This document shows positions 62,397-64,000 of a stretch of DNA of 64,000 nucleotides, piece by piece; position 1 is the stretch's first letter, and the number at the start of each line of letters is the position of its first letter. The stretch is from Eubacteriales bacterium (GTDB lineage Bacteria > Bacillota > Clostridia > Oscillospirales > CAG-272). The translations under genes and the position numbers were made by a program. The notes beneath the pieces are model-generated. The model made no database searches and was not told the origin of the DNA. It worked only from the letters and a program-made list of their open reading frames with translations. The DNA is taken from contig JBBAEK010000002.1 of the NCBI GenBank assembly GCA_041655935.1, positions 5,548-69,547 of the forward strand, given 5' to 3'.

Positions 62397-63761
62397 TCAT
62401 AGCCCGAGCAGCGCGCTGGCGATCATAAAATACGTCAGCAGGGATACGGCGTCCACCACCGTGGTGATGAGGGGGCTGGCCATCACGGCGGGGTCAAGGT
62501 GCAGCTTTTGAGCCAGCAGGGGCAGGGTACAGCCGATCACTTTGGCGGCCAGTACGGTGAGCAGCAGGGTGAGACTGACCGACAGCACGACCGGCAGGGT
62601 GATTGCCGCACCAATGATCCAGCGGTCCAGCGTCAGCATTTTGATCGCGTTGACCGCGCCGAGCGTCACCCCGCACAGCAGCGAGACCCGCACCTCTTTC
62701 CACAGCACCGCCCAGACATCGGCGGGCTTGATCTCCTCTATGGATAAGGCGCGCACCACGGTGACCGAAGCTTGACTGCCCGAGTTGCCGCCCGTGCCCA
62801 TCAGCATGGGGATAAAGGCGGTGAGCACCACCGACGCCGCCAGCGCCTGCTCAAAGGAGGCGATGATCATGCCTGTGAAGGTGGCGGAGACCATCAGTAA
62901 CAGCAACCACGGAATGCGGCTTTTCCACAGCATCCCGACCGGTGAGCGCAGGTAGGGGGTTTCGGTGGGGGTGATGGCTGCCATCTTGGCAAAGTCCTCT
63001 TCCGCCTCCTCATGCAACACGTCCATGGCGTCGTCAAAAGTGACAATGCCCACCAGCCGGTTTTCCTTGTCCACCACCGGCAGCGCCATGAAGCCGTACC
63101 GTTCAAACATCTTGGCGACGGCTTCCTTGTCGTCAAGGGTATTCGCGCACACCACATGCTCGTTCATGATCCCCGACAGGATGTTGTCCGGGGGGGACAG
63201 CAGCAGGGACTTCACGTCCACCACGCCGAGCAGACGGCGGTTGTCGTCGGTGACATAGCAGGTATACACCGTTTCCTTATCCAGCGCCACCCGCCGGATG
63301 GTCGTAAAGGCATCCGTCACCGTCATATTCTGCCGCAGCCGCACATACTCGGTCGTCATCATACCCCCCGCACTATCGGGGGGGTATTGGAGCAATTCAT
63401 TGATTTCCGCCCGGCTTTGCGGCGTACTGTTCGCCAAAATCCGTTTCACCACATTGGCGGGCATTTCTTCAATTAGGTCCACGGTATCGTCGACATACAT
63501 CTCCTCCAGCACGACCGTCAGCTCTTTGTCGGTGAAGCCATGAATCAGTTGTTGCTGGACCTCCGTGTCCATTTCGGTGAACACCGCCGCCGCCACCTCT
63601 TTGGACAGCAGGCGAAACAGACGGGGGGCATAGATCGCGTCCAGCCCCTCAAACAGTTCGGCGACATCCACGGCGGTGTGCTCCCGCAGGGCTTGGCGCA
63701 GGGCGGGAATTTGTTTGGTCTCAAGCATCTCCGTGATGGCGGCGGGCGTGAGTGAGGTCAT
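62397..63761 (-). CDS. mgtE: magnesium transporter MgtE
   Basis: N-domain, tandem CBS domains, C-terminal 5-TM channel (PMLMGTGGNSGSQ). ATG 63761. Confidence 0.93.
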   Translation of the reverse strand: MTSLTPAAITEMLETKQIPALRQALREHTAVDVAELFEGLDAIYAPRLFRLLSKEVAAAVFTEMDTEVQQQLIHGFTDKELTVVLEEMYVDDTVDLIEEMPANVVKRILANSTPQSRAEINELLQYPPDSAGGMMTTEYVRLRQNMTVTDAFTTIRRVALDKETVYTCYVTDDNRRLLGVVDVKSLLLSPPDNILSGIMNEHVVCANTLDDKEAVAKMFERYGFMALPVVDKENRLVGIVTFDDAMDVLHEEAEEDFAKMAAITPTETPYLRSPVGMLWKSRIPWLLLLMVSATFTGMIIASFEQALAASVVLTAFIPMLMGTGGNSGSQASVTVVRALSIEEIKPADVWAVLWKEVRVSLLCGVTLGAVNAIKMLTLDRWIIGAAITLPVVLSVSLTLLLTVLAAKVIGCTLPLLAQKLHLDPAVMASPLITTVVDAVSLLTYFMIASALLGL

Positions 63762-63904
63762 GGTGTGTGTCCTCCTTTGGGGGCGTGTCGGCTGCCGCAA
63801 TGGACAAGCAGGGAGAGATAGGTTCCCCGGTTCGGTAGTGTCGAAAATACAATCATAAAAGTTAGGATATCACTCGTCCCGACCGGGACGAACAGGGTAG
63901 ACAC

Positions 63905-64000
63905 ATGAATGGTTTGATGGCAAAAATTTTGCTCTTGGCAGTCGCCTTGTCCATGGACGCCTTTGCGGTGGCTGTCTGCAAGGGGCTGTCTCTGCAAAGG
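63905..64000 (+). CDS. mntP: manganese efflux pump MntP, N-terminal fragment (runs off the right edge)
   Basis: MNGLMAKILLLAVALSMDAFAVAVCKGLSLQ has the MntP/DUF204 SMDAFAV motif. Only 32 codons are visible. Confidence 0.65.
   Translation, partial: MNGLMAKILLLAVALSMDAFAVAVCKGLSLQR

Noticed and set aside
63762-63904. Expected M-box (upstream of mgtE) or yybP-ykoY Mn riboswitch (upstream of mntP) in the divergent intergenic region.
   Set aside because: Only 143 bp are available. I could not find the M-box landmarks (GTTAGGTGAGGC, GACGCTAATGG, AGTGCTAAAGC) or the yybP-ykoY landmarks (GGGGAGTAG ... TTGACA). GGGAGAGATAGG is only a loose resemblance. There is a small hairpin, CGTCCCGACCGGGACG, just before the mntP start.
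1-64000. Search for CRISPR arrays, transposases, integrases, phage genes, restriction-modification or other defence systems, and rRNA genes.
   Set aside because: None seen. There are no regularly spaced repeats, no recombinase or transposase motifs in any frame I read, and no rRNA-like sequence. The window looks like conserved core chromosome.

Overview
This is a GC-rich chromosomal segment of an anaerobic Gram-positive bacterium. Gene content suggests a Clostridia (Oscillospiraceae/Ruminococcaceae-like) Firmicute: flavodiiron protein, desulfoferrodoxin, two rubredoxins, Hcp, NfnAB, DUF512-Der, YceD-L32. That assignment is a guess from gene content, not a database hit. I call about 58 protein genes, 3 tRNAs (Lys-UUU, Leu-GAG, CAU-anticodon Ile2/Met) and one lysine riboswitch in front of dapA-dapB-ddh-lysA. 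I also call several near-consensus sigma-A promoters and intrinsic terminators. Housekeeping genes dominate: mtaB, glyQS, glmM, secA, proS, der, obg, rpmF, metA, murE, trmL. Accessory modules are an O2/NO stress operon (fprA-dfx-rubredoxin), an hcp operon, an ArsR/HMA/P1B-ATPase metal-efflux unit, uxaC plus an SDR, nfnAB, mgtE and mntP. I found no transposase, integrase, phage gene, CRISPR array or recognisable defence gene, so this looks like core genome rather than an island. The items most worth a second look are: (1) a 735-bp gene-free island at 22.1-22.9 kb with two back-to-back promoters that appear to drive two divergent structured small RNAs I cannot assign to a family; (2) an asnB / ATP-grasp / Asp-racemase / murE module predicting a D-Asp(Asn) peptidoglycan side chain on a non-DAP stem peptide; (3) two uncharacterised polytopic membrane proteins tightly coupled to secA; (4) a HAD-VTC-DUF4956 unit resembling a split polyphosphate polymerase/translocase; (5) a perfect 16-bp CRP/FNR-type palindrome placed where a class II activator would sit on the hcp operon, with a related GTTG-N6-CAAC site at the Crp/Fnr gene beside the fprA operon; (6) smaller oddities, including an in-frame 69-bp insertion bounded by 28-bp direct repeats in mtaB and a single in-frame TAA separating the HMA domain from its ATPase. 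All functional calls come from reading the translations and motifs by eye. No homology search was run.
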